This document shows, piece after piece, positions 9,593 to 20,932 of a DNA stretch of 64,000 bases. The DNA lies in assembly GCA_046262615.1 (NCBI GenBank), contig JBHEML010000002.1, positions 6,645-70,644 of the forward strand. The letters run 5' to 3'. The notes beneath the pieces were generated by a model that saw nothing but the letters and a program-made list of their open reading frames with translations, did no database searches and had not been told where the DNA came from. Positions within the stretch are counted from its first letter, which is position 1; the number at the start of each line of letters is the position of its first letter. This stretch comes from Candidatus Limnocylindria bacterium. GTDB lineage: Bacteria > Chloroflexota > Limnocylindria > P2-11E. The translations under genes were made by a program, and so were the position numbers.

Positions 9593-10956
9593 GTCGATCC
9601 CCCTCCGCGTGTGGGCGCGGCGTCTGCCGCGACGATAAGCCGCAGGCCATCAACGCGCAGGACGCGCACCCGCGCTCCGCGCGCGATCGGCGCGGGATCG
9701 GCGATGGCGGACCAGTCCTCACCCGCGACATGCACGATGCCGCCCGGAGCGAGGTCGCTGCGCGCGTCCCCGGTCTGCCCCAGCAGCATTCCTGTACCGC
9801 TCGCGACGGGGAGGTGGCGGAAGCCGAGCGCCATCCGCACCAGGACGACGAAGAAGCCTCCGGTCACGGCGACGACGAGCGCGATGGTGAAGGGATCCAC
9901 GGTGTAGCGAAGCCCTGGGAACGTCGGGCGCGCTGACGGGAAGAGCACGACCAGACCGAGCGCCAGCGCGACCATGCCGCCGACCGTGAGCAGCCCGTGG
10001 CTCGTCACCTTCACCTCGGTGACGAACAGCACCATCGCAAAGAGCATCAGGGCGATGCCGGCGGCGTTAGCGTCGAGCGTGCCGAACGCGAACAGCGCGA
10101 GCAAGATGGCGATGACGCCGACGATGCCGGGGAAGATGAGGCCCGGATTGGCGAGCTCGAAGATGATGCCGTACGTGCCGACGGTGAACAGAAGCACGGC
10201 GATCTGCGGATCCACGATGAGGTGCAGGAACGCCTCGAGCGGCGACTGCGGCGAATCCTCCAGCGGCGCGCCCGCGGTCGCGAGTTTCGCGTCTCCCGCC
10301 GGAAGGGTCACCGTCCGCCCATCGATCGCGCGCAGCAGCGAATCCACGTCGGACGCGCCGACGTCGACCACCCCGATCCGCAGCGCCTCGTCGTCGCGGA
10401 TGCTCACGCTCTTGCGGACAGCGTCCTCAGCCCAAGCCGCATTGCGGTGCCGCGCGAGCGCGATCTTGGTGATCTGGGCGACGGCGTCGTTCTCCGCCTT
10501 GGTGCGCAGATCGCCCTGGATATCCCCTCCGGACGAGTCGACGGGGTGAGCGGCTCCGATGTTGGTGGCGGGCGCCATGGCCGCTACGTGCCCAGCCATC
10601 GTGATGAACGTGCCCGCCGACGCCGCGCGAGCGCCCGACGGCGCGACGTACGTGACCACGGGGACCCGCGCGTTCAGGAAGCGGCCGGTGATCTGGTACG
10701 TCGAGTCGATGAGGCCGCCGGGCGTATCGATGACGAATACGACGGCCGCCGCGCCGCTCTCCTCGCCTTCCCCGACGAGCCTGTCGACGTAACGCGCGGT
10801 GATGGGGTTGATCGCGCCGGAGATGTGCCCGACAAGGACTGGAGCTGGCCCGGCCGCTCGCACGATCCCGGCCGAGATGCCCACGCACCCGAGCGCGAGG
10901 AAGAGCACCGCGGCCACCCGCGGCGTCGCCCGCGCGAAGGCCCCGACGCCGCGCAC
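9589..10956 (-). CDS. NfeD-family membrane-bound ClpP-class serine protease
   Basis: C-terminal ~455 aa of the 722-aa ORF. ClpP-like domain (VIDTPGGLIDS, ASAGTFI), multiple TM helices and a C-terminal NfeD OB domain. Start is uncertain: GTG 10956 gives a signal-peptide-like N-terminus, and ATG 11007 is the alternative. The upstream part of the ORF overlaps aroA and is Arg/Ser-rich. Confidence 0.8.
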   Translation of the reverse strand: MRGVGAFARATPRVAAVLFLALGCVGISAGIVRAAGPAPVLVGHISGAINPITARYVDRLVGEGEESGAAAVVFVIDTPGGLIDSTYQITGRFLNARVPVVTYVAPSGARAASAGTFITMAGHVAAMAPATNIGAAHPVDSSGGDIQGDLRTKAENDAVAQITKIALARHRNAAWAEDAVRKSVSIRDDEALRIGVVDVGASDVDSLLRAIDGRTVTLPAGDAKLATAGAPLEDSPQSPLEAFLHLIVDPQIAVLLFTVGTYGIIFELANPGLIFPGIVGVIAILLALFAFGTLDANAAGIALMLFAMVLFVTEVKVTSHGLLTVGGMVALALGLVVLFPSARPTFPGLRYTVDPFTIALVVAVTGGFFVVLVRMALGFRHLPVASGTGMLLGQTGDARSDLAPGGIVHVAGEDWSAIADPAPIARGARVRVLRVDGLRLIVAADAAPTRGGGST

Positions 10957-10990
10957 AGTCTCGAGTCTATGCCCGCATACTGCCCGCACC

Positions 10991-12262
10991 GTGGCCGCCC
11001 GGACCATCGTGCCGCTCCGCCATCCCCTCATCGACAAGGTCGTGCGGGTCCCCCCGTCGAAGAGCATCACCAACCGCGAGCTCGTGTTGTCGGCGATCGC
11101 CAGAGGGCGCTCGCGCCTCGAGATCGGTCCGCTCGACCCGGGCGACGACGTGCGCGCGATGCGAACCGCTGTGGCGGCTCTCGGGTACGCCGTCGACAGC
11201 AGGGACCCGGAACGGATCGTCGTGACCGGGTCGGAGCGGGCTCCCGGACTGGAGGCACAGGTCAATGCGGCCGAGGGGGGCACGGTGGCGAGGTTCGCGC
11301 TCGCTCTCGCCGCGCTCGGGAGCGGCAGCGTCCGGATCGATGGGTCGACCCGGCTCCGGCAGAGGCCCCTCGCGCCGCTCGTCGTCGCGCTGCGGGAGCT
11401 GGGGGCGTCGGTCGCCGGCGACGCGCTGCCGCTCGTGGTCCGCGGACCGCTGACCGGCGGAGACGCGACCGTGGCCGTCAGCGAGTCGAGCCAGTTCGCC
11501 TCGGCGCTCCTCCTCATCGCTCCGCGGCTGCCCAAGGGACTGCACCTGTTCCTCCGCGGGCGCGCGGTGTCGGCGCCGTTCATCGAGCTGACGGTCGCGT
11601 CCCTCGAGGCCCGCGGCGTCCGCGTCGAGCGGCCGGAGTCGCGCGAGTTCGTTGTCCGGCCGCAGCGCGTGAACGCGCGCACGGTGCGCGTTCCGTCCGA
11701 CGCGACGGCCGCCTCGTACGCCGCCGCCGCTGCGGCGGTCCTCGGCGGATCCGTCACCGTGCCCGGTGTCGAGGCGCGCGACGGCCACGCCGATCAGGGC
11801 GACGCGCGGGTCTTCGACCTGCTCGAGCGGATGGGCTGCGCGGTGCACCGGGCGCCGAGCCGCGTCACGGTGCGGCGCGATGGTGCCCTGCAGGGCGTGA
11901 CCGCGAACGTCGCGGACTGCTCCGATGTCTTTCCGACGCTCGCGGTAGTCGCCGCATTTGCGGTGTCCGGGACCGAGCTGCTCGGCATCGCCCATACGCG
12001 CAGCCAGGAGAGCGACCGGATCGCCGCGGTCGTCGCCGGCCTGCGCGCCATCGGTGCCCGAGCGGAGGGGTACGCCGACGCCATACGGATCGAACCGGGC
12101 ACCCTGCACGGCGGAGCGATCGACTCCGCCGGGGACCACCGCATCGCGATGGCCTTCTCGATCGCGGGGCTGCAGGTCCCGGGCGTATCGATCGAGGGAG
12201 CCGAGGCGGTGAAGAAGACGTTCCCGGGCTTCTACGAGATGCTGGGGGAACTCGCGCGCTGA
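10991..12262 (+). CDS. aroA: 3-phosphoshikimate 1-carboxyvinyltransferase (EPSP synthase)
   Basis: In-frame part of the 487-aa ORF. VPPSKSITNRELVLSA, SSQFASALLL, GDHRIAMAF and KKTFPGFYEML motifs. Start is GTG 10991 or GTG 11009. Confidence 0.9.
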   Translation: MAARTIVPLRHPLIDKVVRVPPSKSITNRELVLSAIARGRSRLEIGPLDPGDDVRAMRTAVAALGYAVDSRDPERIVVTGSERAPGLEAQVNAAEGGTVARFALALAALGSGSVRIDGSTRLRQRPLAPLVVALRELGASVAGDALPLVVRGPLTGGDATVAVSESSQFASALLLIAPRLPKGLHLFLRGRAVSAPFIELTVASLEARGVRVERPESREFVVRPQRVNARTVRVPSDATAASYAAAAAAVLGGSVTVPGVEARDGHADQGDARVFDLLERMGCAVHRAPSRVTVRRDGALQGVTANVADCSDVFPTLAVVAAFAVSGTELLGIAHTRSQESDRIAAVVAGLRAIGARAEGYADAIRIEPGTLHGGAIDSAGDHRIAMAFSIAGLQVPGVSIEGAEAVKKTFPGFYEMLGELAR

Positions 12263-13185
12263 GAGGTCGGCCCGCCGGCGGCGGACGCCCCAGCACCGTC
12301 CGTGCGTCCCGCCTCGGGCTTGCTCGCGGCGGTCGCACCAGTCTCCTCGGCGAGCCCCGCCGGCGGCACACCCCCTCCATCTCGCGCTCGCAGCCGCGCG
12401 TCGCGGACGCGCTCGAGCAGCGCTGCGACCGCCGGACCACCGCTCACCGCGGCGCTTCGTACCTCGCCGAGGAGATCCATTAGGCGGCCGATCGCCGGCG
12501 CGGAGTCGGGGTTCCCCCCGAGGAGGGCGGTGGCCAGCCCCGCCGGCGTCGCGGCGAGGCGGGTCGCGTCCCCGAAGCCGGGTCCGATGAACGGGCGAAG
12601 GGCTCCTCGTGCTGCCTCGTCGCCGAGGAGCGTGAGCGCGAGCGCCGCCGCGAGGGGCGCGGCCGAGGTCGCGGCGACGACGCGATCGTGCAGGTCGGCC
12701 GAGCACACCGTGGGGATCGCGCCGACCGCGCGCGCGAGATCGCCCGCGACCGCCATCGCCAAAGTATCCGAGCGGGCGGTGGGTACGAGCAGGAACGACC
12801 GGTCCCGGAAGAGGCCGGCCTCGGCCGCGGCGAAACCCGACGCCGCGGAACCCGCCATCGGATGTCCGCCGACGATCCGCGCTGCGGGCGCCGCGCTCCG
12901 CGCGAAGGCGGCGACGGGGGCTTTCAGGGAACCGGTGTCGACCAGGACCGCGCCCGACTCCGCGAAGGCGGCGAGCGTGGGAACGACGGCGTCCAGCGGC
13001 GTGGCGACGACGATCACGTCGGCGGGCGTGAGGTCATCGAGGCGGTCGACGACCTCGAGTCCCGCCCCGCGAGCGAGGTCCCGCGCCCCGTCATCCGTGT
13101 CGAAGACGGCGACGTCGTGAGCGCCGCGTAGCGCGAGCGCGAGAGAGCCTCCGATCAGCCCCGCGCCCGCGATGCCTACGCGCAC
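12232..13185 (-). CDS. tyrA: prephenate/arogenate dehydrogenase
   Basis: 317-aa ORF. MRVGIAGAGLIGGSLALAL Rossmann motif and IVGGHPMAGS catalytic motif. 3-prime end overlaps the aroA 3-prime end by 31 nt (convergent). Confidence 0.88.
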   Translation of the reverse strand: MRVGIAGAGLIGGSLALALRGAHDVAVFDTDDGARDLARGAGLEVVDRLDDLTPADVIVVATPLDAVVPTLAAFAESGAVLVDTGSLKAPVAAFARSAAPAARIVGGHPMAGSAASGFAAAEAGLFRDRSFLLVPTARSDTLAMAVAGDLARAVGAIPTVCSADLHDRVVAATSAAPLAAALALTLLGDEAARGALRPFIGPGFGDATRLAATPAGLATALLGGNPDSAPAIGRLMDLLGEVRSAAVSGGPAVAALLERVRDARLRARDGGGVPPAGLAEETGATAASKPEAGRTDGAGASAAGGPTSQRASSPSIS

Positions 13186-13197
13186 CTTCCGCGAGCG

Positions 13198-14232
13198 CTA
13201 CGCCGCCGGGGCTGCGGGCGCCGTGCGCCCCACCGCGCTTGCGACCCCGGGGATGACCGCCATCAGCGATCTGAAGTTCTCGAAGGTCAGCGACTGAAAG
13301 CCGTCTTTGAGCGCATGGTCCGGAGCAGGGTGCACCTCGATGATCAGCCCATCCGCTCCCGCGGCGATCGCCGCGAGCGCCACCGGAGCGACGAGGTACC
13401 ACTTTCCCGTGCCGTGCGACGGGTCGGCGATCACGGGAAGATGCGATAGCCGCTTCAGTAACGGGATCGCGTTCACGTCGAAAGTGTTGCGGGTGTACTT
13501 CTCAAACGTGCGAATGCCCCGCTCGCACAGGATGACGTTCGGGTTGCCCTTCGCGAGTACGTATTCGGCCGAGAGCAGCAGGTCCTCGACCGTGGCGGCC
13601 ATCCCGCGCTTGACGACCACGGGCTTCCGCTGCTCCCCCACCGCATCGAGGAGGCTGAAGTTCTGCATGTTCCGCGCGCCGATCTGAAGACAGTCGGCGT
13701 GGCGCGCTACGAGCTCGACGTCGCCCGGCGTCAGCACCTCCGTGATCACCGGGAGGCCGCTGCGGCGCTTCGCCTCCGCGAGGATCTCGAGCCCCGGCTC
13801 ACCGAGGCCGCGGAAACTGTACGGAGAGGTGCTGGGCTTGTACGCGCCCCCCCGCAACAGCTGCGCCCCGGCCGCGGCGACGGCATCGGCCGTCTCGAGC
13901 GTCTGCTCGCGCGTCTCGACGGAGCACGGGCCGGCGACCACGGCGATCGCTGCGCCCGCACCGATCGGCACCCCACCCACCTCGACGACGGTGTCGCTCG
14001 GCTTGACCTCGCGCGAGGAGAGCTTGAAGGGGCGGCTGACGAGAACGATCTCCGCGACGCCCGGCAGAGACTCGAGCTGATCGGCGTACTCGCGCGCCGC
14101 GACGCCGAACGTGCCGATCGCCGTGCGCTCGGCGCCGGGCAGAGGGATCGCCGTGAGCCCGATCTCCTGGACGCGCGCGACGACCGCATCGATCTGCTCG
14201 CGCGTGGCGTCGCGCTTCATCACGACCAGCAC
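13198..14232 (-). CDS. aroF: 3-deoxy-7-phosphoheptulonate (DAHP) synthase, type I-beta with N-terminal ferredoxin-like regulatory domain
   Basis: [45 protein letters not shown] and DPSHGTG motifs. The N-terminus [17 protein letters not shown] aligns with Thermotoga-type DAHPS (MIVVLKPG...). GTG start shares 1 nt with the aroH TAG stop. Confidence 0.9.
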   Translation of the reverse strand: MLVVMKRDATREQIDAVVARVQEIGLTAIPLPGAERTAIGTFGVAAREYADQLESLPGVAEIVLVSRPFKLSSREVKPSDTVVEVGGVPIGAGAAIAVVAGPCSVETREQTLETADAVAAAGAQLLRGGAYKPSTSPYSFRGLGEPGLEILAEAKRRSGLPVITEVLTPGDVELVARHADCLQIGARNMQNFSLLDAVGEQRKPVVVKRGMAATVEDLLLSAEYVLAKGNPNVILCERGIRTFEKYTRNTFDVNAIPLLKRLSHLPVIADPSHGTGKWYLVAPVALAAIAAGADGLIIEVHPAPDHALKDGFQSLTFENFRSLMAVIPGVASAVGRTAPAAPAA

Positions 14233-14657
14233 TAGTCGCGGCTCTCCGTGCGGACCGCGGCCGCGAGGGGCGCGTCCCCCGGCAGGTCGACGGACCAGTC
14301 GGGCCGCAGCGCCCGCGCGCCATGAAGATACGCGTGCCGCACCTCGCTCTGCGCCTTGGTGGTGTTCCACACCACGAGGACACGGATGCATCCGGCGAGC
14401 GCGCCCGGCACCGGGATCTCCCGCGCGCAGATGACCGGCACGTCGTCCCAGCCGAGGCCGAGCCTGGCGGCGCTCGCTGGAAACGCCGCGTCCAGGTCTG
14501 GCGTAACGGTGAAGAGCACGTACGCAACATCGCCGGAGCGCAGGTCGTTGCGGCTCACGAGCTGCTCGAGCAGCTCGCCCGTCGCGGCGACGACCGCTTT
14601 CGGGTCGTTGACCGTCGTCGTCGCCCCGCGCACCCCCCGGACGCCCTGACCGGTCAC
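14232..14657 (-). CDS. aroH: AroH-type (monofunctional) chorismate mutase
   Basis: 141-aa [13 protein letters not shown]...[10 protein letters not shown]...[10 protein letters not shown]...RHAYL...LRPD aligns along its length with B. subtilis AroH. GTG overlaps the trpA stop (GTGA). Confidence 0.88.
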   Translation of the reverse strand: MTGQGVRGVRGATTTVNDPKAVVAATGELLEQLVSRNDLRSGDVAYVLFTVTPDLDAAFPASAARLGLGWDDVPVICAREIPVPGALAGCIRVLVVWNTTKAQSEVRHAYLHGARALRPDWSVDLPGDAPLAAAVRTESRD

Positions 14658-15475
14658 CAGCGCGCCGCCGCCGCCAGCGATGCGACGAAATCGCGCAGCG
14701 CCCTCTCGCGGGTGTCAGGCGCGGCGTTCGCGACCGCGTCGATCGCCGCGCTGCCCACGGCCACGCCGTCAGCGATGCCGCGCAGCGCGGCCACGTGCTC
14801 GGGCAGGCTGATCCCGAAGCCGACGGCGACCGGCAGCGCCGTCCTGCGCCGCACGCGCGCGACGAACGCCGCGACGTCCGCGGGCAGCGCGGCCCTCGCG
14901 CCGGTCACCCCGGTGAGCGAAACGCAATAGGCGAATCCGCGCGACCGCGGAAGAAGCAGGTCGAGACGATCGTCGGGAGTCGTCGGTGCGTATAGGTCGA
15001 CGCGCGCGACGCCCCGGGGTATGAGCTCGCGGTCGATCTCGTCGCCCTCCTCGGCTGGCAGGTCCGGCACGATCACTCCCGAGACGCCGGCTTCCTCCGC
15101 CGCTCGGGCGAATCGTGCGAGCCCGTAGCGGAGGAAGGGATTCGTATAGCCCATGAGCAGGACGCACGCGTCGCGTTCGCGCCGCAGCTCGCGCGTGGCG
15201 TCGAGGCAGTCCTGCAGACCCGTCGCGCCGCGGAGCGCCACCTCGCTCGCCCGCTGCACCGTGACGCCATCGGCGACCGGATCGCTGAACGGGACGCCGA
15301 GCTCGAGCAGGTCCGCCCCGCCATCCAGCGCCGCGCGGAGCAGTCCACCCGTTGCCGCGCGATCCGGGAAGCCGACGGTCAGGTACACGGCGATGGCCAC
15401 GCGGCGCTCCGCGCGCGCCGTGGCGAACGCATTGCCGATGCGCCCGACGCCGGTACCCGCCGCGGCGACGCTCAC
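14654..15475 (-). CDS. trpA: tryptophan synthase alpha chain
   Basis: [20 protein letters not shown] motif. Start placed at the GTG overlapping the trpB stop (GTGA). The ORF track's longer N-terminus overlaps trpB. Confidence 0.88.
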   Translation of the reverse strand: MSVAAAGTGVGRIGNAFATARAERRVAIAVYLTVGFPDRAATGGLLRAALDGGADLLELGVPFSDPVADGVTVQRASEVALRGATGLQDCLDATRELRRERDACVLLMGYTNPFLRYGLARFARAAEEAGVSGVIVPDLPAEEGDEIDRELIPRGVARVDLYAPTTPDDRLDLLLPRSRGFAYCVSLTGVTGARAALPADVAAFVARVRRRTALPVAVGFGISLPEHVAALRGIADGVAVGSAAIDAVANAAPDTRERALRDFVASLAAAARW

Positions 15476-16647
15476 GCCCGCCGGGCCATCACGGTGTCCA
15501 GGTCCTTGTCGCCGCGCCCGGAGAGGCACACGAGCACGTCCACATCGGCGCCGAGATCCTCGCGCACGCGCGCCAGGTCCGCGATGGCGTGCGCCGGCTC
15601 GAGTGCGGGAATGATGCCCTCTGTCCGCGAGAGCAGCGCGAAGCCCTCGAGCGCCTCGTCGTCGGTGCGCGCGACGTAAGACGCGCGGCCGGTCTGTGCG
15701 AGCGCGGCGTGCTCGGGGCCGACGCCCGGGTAGTCGAGCCCCGCCGAAATGGAGTGCGTCCCCGTGATCTGGCCGTCACCGTCCTGCAGGATCATCGTGC
15801 GCGAGCCGTGCAGCACGCCCACGGAGCCTCCGACGATCGAGGCGGCGTGGCGGCCGGTGCCGATCCCAAGGCCGGCGGCCTCGACGCCACGCAGCATCAC
15901 CTTGGGATCGTCGATGAACGCGGCGAACATCCCGATCGCGTTCGAGCCGCCGCCGACACACGCGACGACGACATCGGGCAGCTTCCCGATGCGCTCGAGC
16001 GTCTGGGCGCGGGCCTCGCGCCCTATCACCGACTGGAGGTCGCGCACGATCGTCGGGTACGGGTGCGGACCGATCGCGGAGCCGAGCAGGTAATACGTGG
16101 TGCGGACGTTCGTGACCCAGTCGCGGAACGCCTCGTTCACGGCATCCTTCAGCGTGCGCGTCCCCGCGTCGACCTCGCGGACATCGGCACCGAGCAGCTT
16201 CATCCGGAATACGTTCGGCGCCTGGCGCCGCATGTCCTCGGTGCCCATGTACACAACGCAGTCGAGTCCGAAAAGAGCGCACGCCGCGGCGGTCGCGACC
16301 CCGTGCTGGCCGGCGCCGGTCTCCGCCACCACGCGGCGCTTTCCCATGCGCGCCGCGAGGAGCGCCTGGCCCACGGCGCTGTTGATCTTGTGCGCGCCGG
16401 TGTGCGCGAGATCCTCGCGCTTGAGGAGGACTCGTCGCAGGCCCACCTCGCCCGCCAGGCGCGCGGCGTCGCTGAGCGGGGTCGGACGGCCGACCCAGTC
16501 CCGGAGCGCGCGCCCGAGCTCGGCGCTGAATGCGGGGTCGCCCTTGGCATCCTCGTACGCGGCGGCGAGCTCCGCCGCCGCGGGCATCAGGGTCTCCGGC
16601 AGGTACTGGCCGCCGAAACCGCCGAAGCGCCCCGTCTTCGCGGTCAC
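15472..16647 (-). CDS. trpB: tryptophan synthase beta chain
   Basis: C-terminal 391 aa of the 563-aa [32 protein letters not shown] (PLP lysine) and GGGSNAIG motifs. GTG start overlaps the trpC stop. Confidence 0.93.
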   Translation of the reverse strand: MTAKTGRFGGFGGQYLPETLMPAAAELAAAYEDAKGDPAFSAELGRALRDWVGRPTPLSDAARLAGEVGLRRVLLKREDLAHTGAHKINSAVGQALLAARMGKRRVVAETGAGQHGVATAAACALFGLDCVVYMGTEDMRRQAPNVFRMKLLGADVREVDAGTRTLKDAVNEAFRDWVTNVRTTYYLLGSAIGPHPYPTIVRDLQSVIGREARAQTLERIGKLPDVVVACVGGGSNAIGMFAAFIDDPKVMLRGVEAAGLGIGTGRHAASIVGGSVGVLHGSRTMILQDGDGQITGTHSISAGLDYPGVGPEHAALAQTGRASYVARTDDEALEGFALLSRTEGIIPALEPAHAIADLARVREDLGADVDVLVCLSGRGDKDLDTVMARRA

Positions 16648-17450
16648 GCGGTCACCGTTGTGTCGTCCTCGATCGACGCCAGGGAGGCGAGGAGCGGTGC
16701 AGGATCGAGGGATCGCATCAGGGCGGAGCCGACGAGGATCGCGTCCACGCGGGCCGGAAGGCCGCGCGCGTCCTGGAGCGTCTCGATGCCGGATTCGGCG
16801 ACGAGGACCTGCCCGGGCAGCGCTAACTGTGCGAGCAGTCCGATCCGCGTGCGGTCGATCCGGCCCGGGTCGCGCAGGTCCCGCGCGTTCACGCCGACGA
16901 TACCGGCGCCCGAGCGCACCGCGCGCTCGAATGCCGTCGCCTCGTGCGCCTCGACGATCGTGCTGAGGCCGAGATCGTGCGCCTGCTCGACGAGCCGCGC
17001 GAGAGAGAGGTCGTCGAGCGCTTCGGAAATGAGCAGCACGGCGTCGGCGCCTGCCGACCGCGCGTCCTGGAGCTGGCGCCCGTCGACGATCACGTCTTTG
17101 CACAGCACCGGGATCGACACCGCCTCGCGCACCGCGACGAGGTCGGCGAGCGAACCACCCCAATGCCTCGGCTCGGTGATGACCGATATGGCGACGGCGC
17201 CGGCGCCCGCGTACGCGCGCGCGACAGCCGCGGCGTCCACCTCTTCCCCGAGCGGACCCAGCGCCGGCGAGCGGCGTTTGACCTCCGCGATCACCGCGAA
17301 GCGGAGCCTCCGCGTGCGCGGCGCGCGCAGCGCCGCATCGAGCGGGCGCGGCGGCGCCGCGGCGGCGACCGTTTGCGATGTCGCCGCCGGCCGGGGCGCC
17401 GCGGCGTCCGCGCGCCGCTCGGCTACGACACGCTCGAGGAAGTCGGTCAT
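16644..17450 (-). CDS. trpC: indole-3-glycerol-phosphate synthase (monofunctional)
   Basis: [10 protein letters not shown]..., [19 protein letters not shown] and VGVNARDL motifs. ATG overlaps the trpD stop (ATGA). No fused TrpF domain (268 aa). Confidence 0.9.
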   Translation of the reverse strand: MTDFLERVVAERRADAAAPRPAATSQTVAAAAPPRPLDAALRAPRTRRLRFAVIAEVKRRSPALGPLGEEVDAAAVARAYAGAGAVAISVITEPRHWGGSLADLVAVREAVSIPVLCKDVIVDGRQLQDARSAGADAVLLISEALDDLSLARLVEQAHDLGLSTIVEAHEATAFERAVRSGAGIVGVNARDLRDPGRIDRTRIGLLAQLALPGQVLVAESGIETLQDARGLPARVDAILVGSALMRSLDPAPLLASLASIEDDTTVTA

Positions 17451-18460
17451 GCGATCACCCTGCCCGCGGCGTGCTCGCTCGCGGCGGCGAAGCGATCGAG
17501 CCGCTCGCGCGCTGCACCGCTGTCTATCGTGCGCGCGGCGAGGTCGACGCCTTCGCGCACCGTACCGGCGAGTCCCGCGACGTAGCACGCCGCGCCGGCG
17601 TTCAGCAGGACCGCGCTCCGCGGGGCGCCGGTGACGCCTTCGAGCACCCGCTTGGCGATCGCGGCGTTGGCCTTCGCGTCGCCGCCGACGAGTGCGTCAC
17701 GCGGGGCTTCGGGCACGCCGAACGATCGCGGATCGATCGAGCCTGGGCGGATCGCCCCGTCGCGGAGCTCCCATGTGAGCGTCTCGCCGCTCGTCGTGAT
17801 CTCGTCGAGACCATCGCCGCCGTGCACCACGAGCGCGCGCTCGGCTCCGAGGTCGCGGAGTACCGCCGCCATCGTCTCTCCGAGCGATACGGATGGGACT
17901 CCGAGCAGCTGGCTGCGGATACCCGCGGGGTTCGCGAGGGGCCCGAGCACGTTGAAGACGGTGCGGATGCCGATCTCGCCGCGGACAGGGGCGGCGTGTC
18001 GCATCGCGGGATGGAAACGCGGCGCGAACATGAAGCCGATCCCTGCCTCGCGGATGCATGCCGCCACGCCCTCCGGGCCGAGGTCGATCCGGATCCCGAG
18101 CGCTTCGAGCACGTCCGCGCTGCCGCACGCGCTCGACGCGGCGCGGTTGCCGTGCTTCGCGACGCGCGCGCCGGCGGCGGCGGCGACGATCGCCGCGACG
18201 GTGGAGATGTTGAACGTGCGCGAGCGGTCGCCCCCCGTGCCGCAGGTATCGATCGCGCCGTCGGTATCGAGCACGACAGCGACCGCGGCCGAACGCAGCG
18301 AGGACGCGAAGCCTGTGATCTCCTCGACGGTCTCGCCGCGGACGTGCAGCGCCGCCAGCAGCGCCCCGATCTGCGCGGGCGTCGCCTCGCCCGCCATGAT
18401 CGTTCCCATCGCGCACTGGGCCTCCTCGCGGGTGAGCGAGCCTCCGCCGGCAACGCGCAC
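17447..18460 (-). CDS. trpD: anthranilate phosphoribosyltransferase
   Basis: [39 protein letters not shown] and [13 protein letters not shown] motifs. Start set at GTG 18460, preceded by GAGG with 5-nt spacing. No other canonical start lies between it and the trpG stop. Confidence 0.88.
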   Translation of the reverse strand: MRVAGGGSLTREEAQCAMGTIMAGEATPAQIGALLAALHVRGETVEEITGFASSLRSAAVAVVLDTDGAIDTCGTGGDRSRTFNISTVAAIVAAAAGARVAKHGNRAASSACGSADVLEALGIRIDLGPEGVAACIREAGIGFMFAPRFHPAMRHAAPVRGEIGIRTVFNVLGPLANPAGIRSQLLGVPSVSLGETMAAVLRDLGAERALVVHGGDGLDEITTSGETLTWELRDGAIRPGSIDPRSFGVPEAPRDALVGGDAKANAAIAKRVLEGVTGAPRSAVLLNAGAACYVAGLAGTVREGVDLAARTIDSGAARERLDRFAAASEHAAGRVIA

Positions 18461-18477
18461 GAGCGCCTCGCGGGCGT

Positions 18478-19082
<605 letters not shown>

Positions 19083-19086
<4 letters not shown>

Positions 19087-20519
19087 CGGCGCACCCCATC
19101 GGAGAGCTCGACAGCGCGAAGGAGCGCGCCGGCCTTCGCACGCGTCTCAGCCTCCTCGGCCGCGGGATCGGAGTCGGCGACGACCCCCGCCCCGGCTTGG
19201 ATGCGGCAGACGCCCTCCGAGACGACGGCGGTGCGGATGGCGATGCACGTATCCATCGTGCCGTCGAAGCCGAGGTATCCCACCGCGCCCGCGTACGGGC
19301 CGCGCACGTCGTTCTCGAGTTCGGCGATGCGCTGCATCGCTCGGATCTTCGGCGCCCCCGATACGGTGCCGGCGGGGAACGCGGCGCGGAACGCATCGAG
19401 CGCGTCCAGACCCGGAGTGAGCTCCCCGTCCACGACGGAGGTGAGGTGCATGACGTGCGAGAAGCGGTCGACCCGCATCAGCTCGCGCACGCGGACCGTG
19501 CCCGGACGCGAAACCCGGCCGAGGTCGTTGCGCGCGAGGTCCACGAGCATCACGTGCTCCGCGCGTTCCTTTTCCGACGCCCGGAGCTCGGCCTCGCTCC
19601 GCGCGTCCTCGGCCTCGTCTCGGCCGCGCGGGCGCGTGCCGGCGATCGGATGCATGACGACACGGCCGCCCTCGACGCGGACGAACGGCTCCGGCGAGGC
19701 GCCCACGAGCGTCGCACCGCCCGCCTCGAGGCAGAACATGTACGGCGACGGGTTCACGTGCCGCAGCGCCCGGTACAGGTCGAGAGTGTCTGGCGACGGC
19801 CGGACGTCGAACCGCTGAGCGACGACGATCTGGATGCAGTCGCCGCCGAGGATGAATTCGCGGGCGCTGGCGACCATACGCCGGTAGTCGTCCGGAGTGC
19901 CATTCGCGCGGACCTGCCTCGGCGCAGTGGAAAGCTCCGGCGGCGCGAGCACGAGCGGCGCGTCGAGCGCGGCGAAGACGCGGGCGATCGTGACCGCGGC
20001 CCGTCCCGGGGCGCCCGCGTCGTCGTGCGCGAGAACGCTCAGCGTGTGACGCAGGTGGTCGAAGACGACGACCGTGTCGTGGATCGCGAAGTGCGCCTCG
20101 GGGAGCCCCTGCGGGTCGTTCGGCGCGACCGGCAGGCGCTCGAAGCGCCGGGCCGCCTCGTACGACACATATCCGACCGCTCCTCCCGAGAATCGCGGCA
20201 GTTCGGGGGCAGCGACCCTCTCGTAGCCGGACATCACCTCGCGCAGCAGCGACAGCGGATCCGCGTACGCGACCTCGCGCTCCTCGCCGAACTCGGTGAC
20301 CGTCGCCACGCCGTCACGGCACACGACGGTCGCGCGTGGGGCGACGCCGATGAAGGAGTACCGCCCCATCCGCTCGCCGCCCTCGGCGCTCTCGAGCAGG
20401 AATGCTCCCCCGAGCGGGCGCAGCTTCGCGAAGGCGGAGACTGGAGTCTCGAGGTCGGCCAGCCGCTCCCGGACGACGGGCGCCAGCACCGCCGGCCGTC
20501 GCACCCCGAGGATCGTCAT
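19083..20519 (-). CDS. trpE: anthranilate synthase component I
   Basis: 478-aa ORF. LLESAEGGERMGRYSF, chorismate-binding core (GAPKIRAMQRIAELE, RGPYAGAVGY). GAGG lies 7 nt upstream of the ATG. Confidence 0.93.
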
Positions 20520-20556
20520 GGCACCGCCTCACTTCCCTGCGCCCGCGCCGCGGACG

Positions 20557-20591
20557 CAAAAACACCCTCGCCCCAGGGCTCGGGACGAGGG
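20557..20591 (-). terminator. intrinsic terminator of the T-box leader
   Basis: Minus-strand RNA CCCUCGUCCC-GAGCCCU-GGGGCGAGGG (10-bp stem including one G-U) followed by UGUUUUUG, 38 nt before the trpE ATG. The 5-prime arm overlaps the T-box sequence, so antiterminator and terminator are mutually exclusive. Confidence 0.8.
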
Positions 20592-20820
20592 CTCGTGGTG
20601 CCACCCGAAGTCGGCCGCCCATCGCTGGGTGACCCTCTATTTCACCGGGCGATGATCGCCGCGGTGAGCACCCCGTTAACGGCGGGCTTCCGGCGGTCCC
20701 TACCGGCACAGCCGTTCGGGACCGCGTCTCGCGGGGACCCATTCGCGCCGCCCTCGCCGCCCCGGCTCCCACCACCCCGGGTTCGCTTCGCGGCTCGCGC
20801 GGCCTACTCGCTCCCGCTCG
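20557..20820 (-). promoter_or_regulatory. T-box riboswitch leader, tryptophan (UGG) specifier
   Basis: Minus strand has GCG-AGUA-GG on the 5-prime side of Stem I and GCGC-GAA-UGG-G-UCCCCGC on the 3-prime side (S-turn AGUA/GAA plus codon UGG plus purine; UGG at 20739-20741). Conserved T-box sequence UUCGGGUGGCACCACGAG at 20592-20609. Terminator follows. Confidence 0.8.
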
Positions 20821-20932
20821 AACGACGTTCCCGCCATGCTACCCGAACCGGGCCCGCGGAGCGCGCAGGGCCGGGGAACGCCGACCGAGACGCCGACCGC
20901 CCCCGATCCCGGGGTACGTCAGAATTGGACCC

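Noticed and set aside
8432-9907. 491-aa plus-strand ORF downstream of the SOS promoter
   Set aside because: It is antisense to the stomatin gene, has a low-complexity composition, and has no SD at its start. Only the separate 80-codon frame (8439-8681) is discussed, and only as a weak candidate.
9589-11757. Long N-terminal extensions in the ORF track (nfeD 722 aa, trpB 563, trpD 649, ychF 500, selA 534, ddl 706, murB 658, murC 557, pfkB 358, DUF1461 330)
   Set aside because: The extensions overlap the upstream conserved gene and are low complexity. The family-typical N-terminus begins at a start codon that overlaps the upstream stop, so I trimmed each one accordingly.
9997-12483. 828-aa plus-strand ORF, plus other long out-of-frame ORFs such as 15352-17634, 19197-21071, 39983-41527, 59848-61812 and 35702-36958
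   Set aside because: All of them overlap conserved genes in another frame or strand and are Arg/Pro/Gly/Ala-rich. I treated them as GC artefacts.
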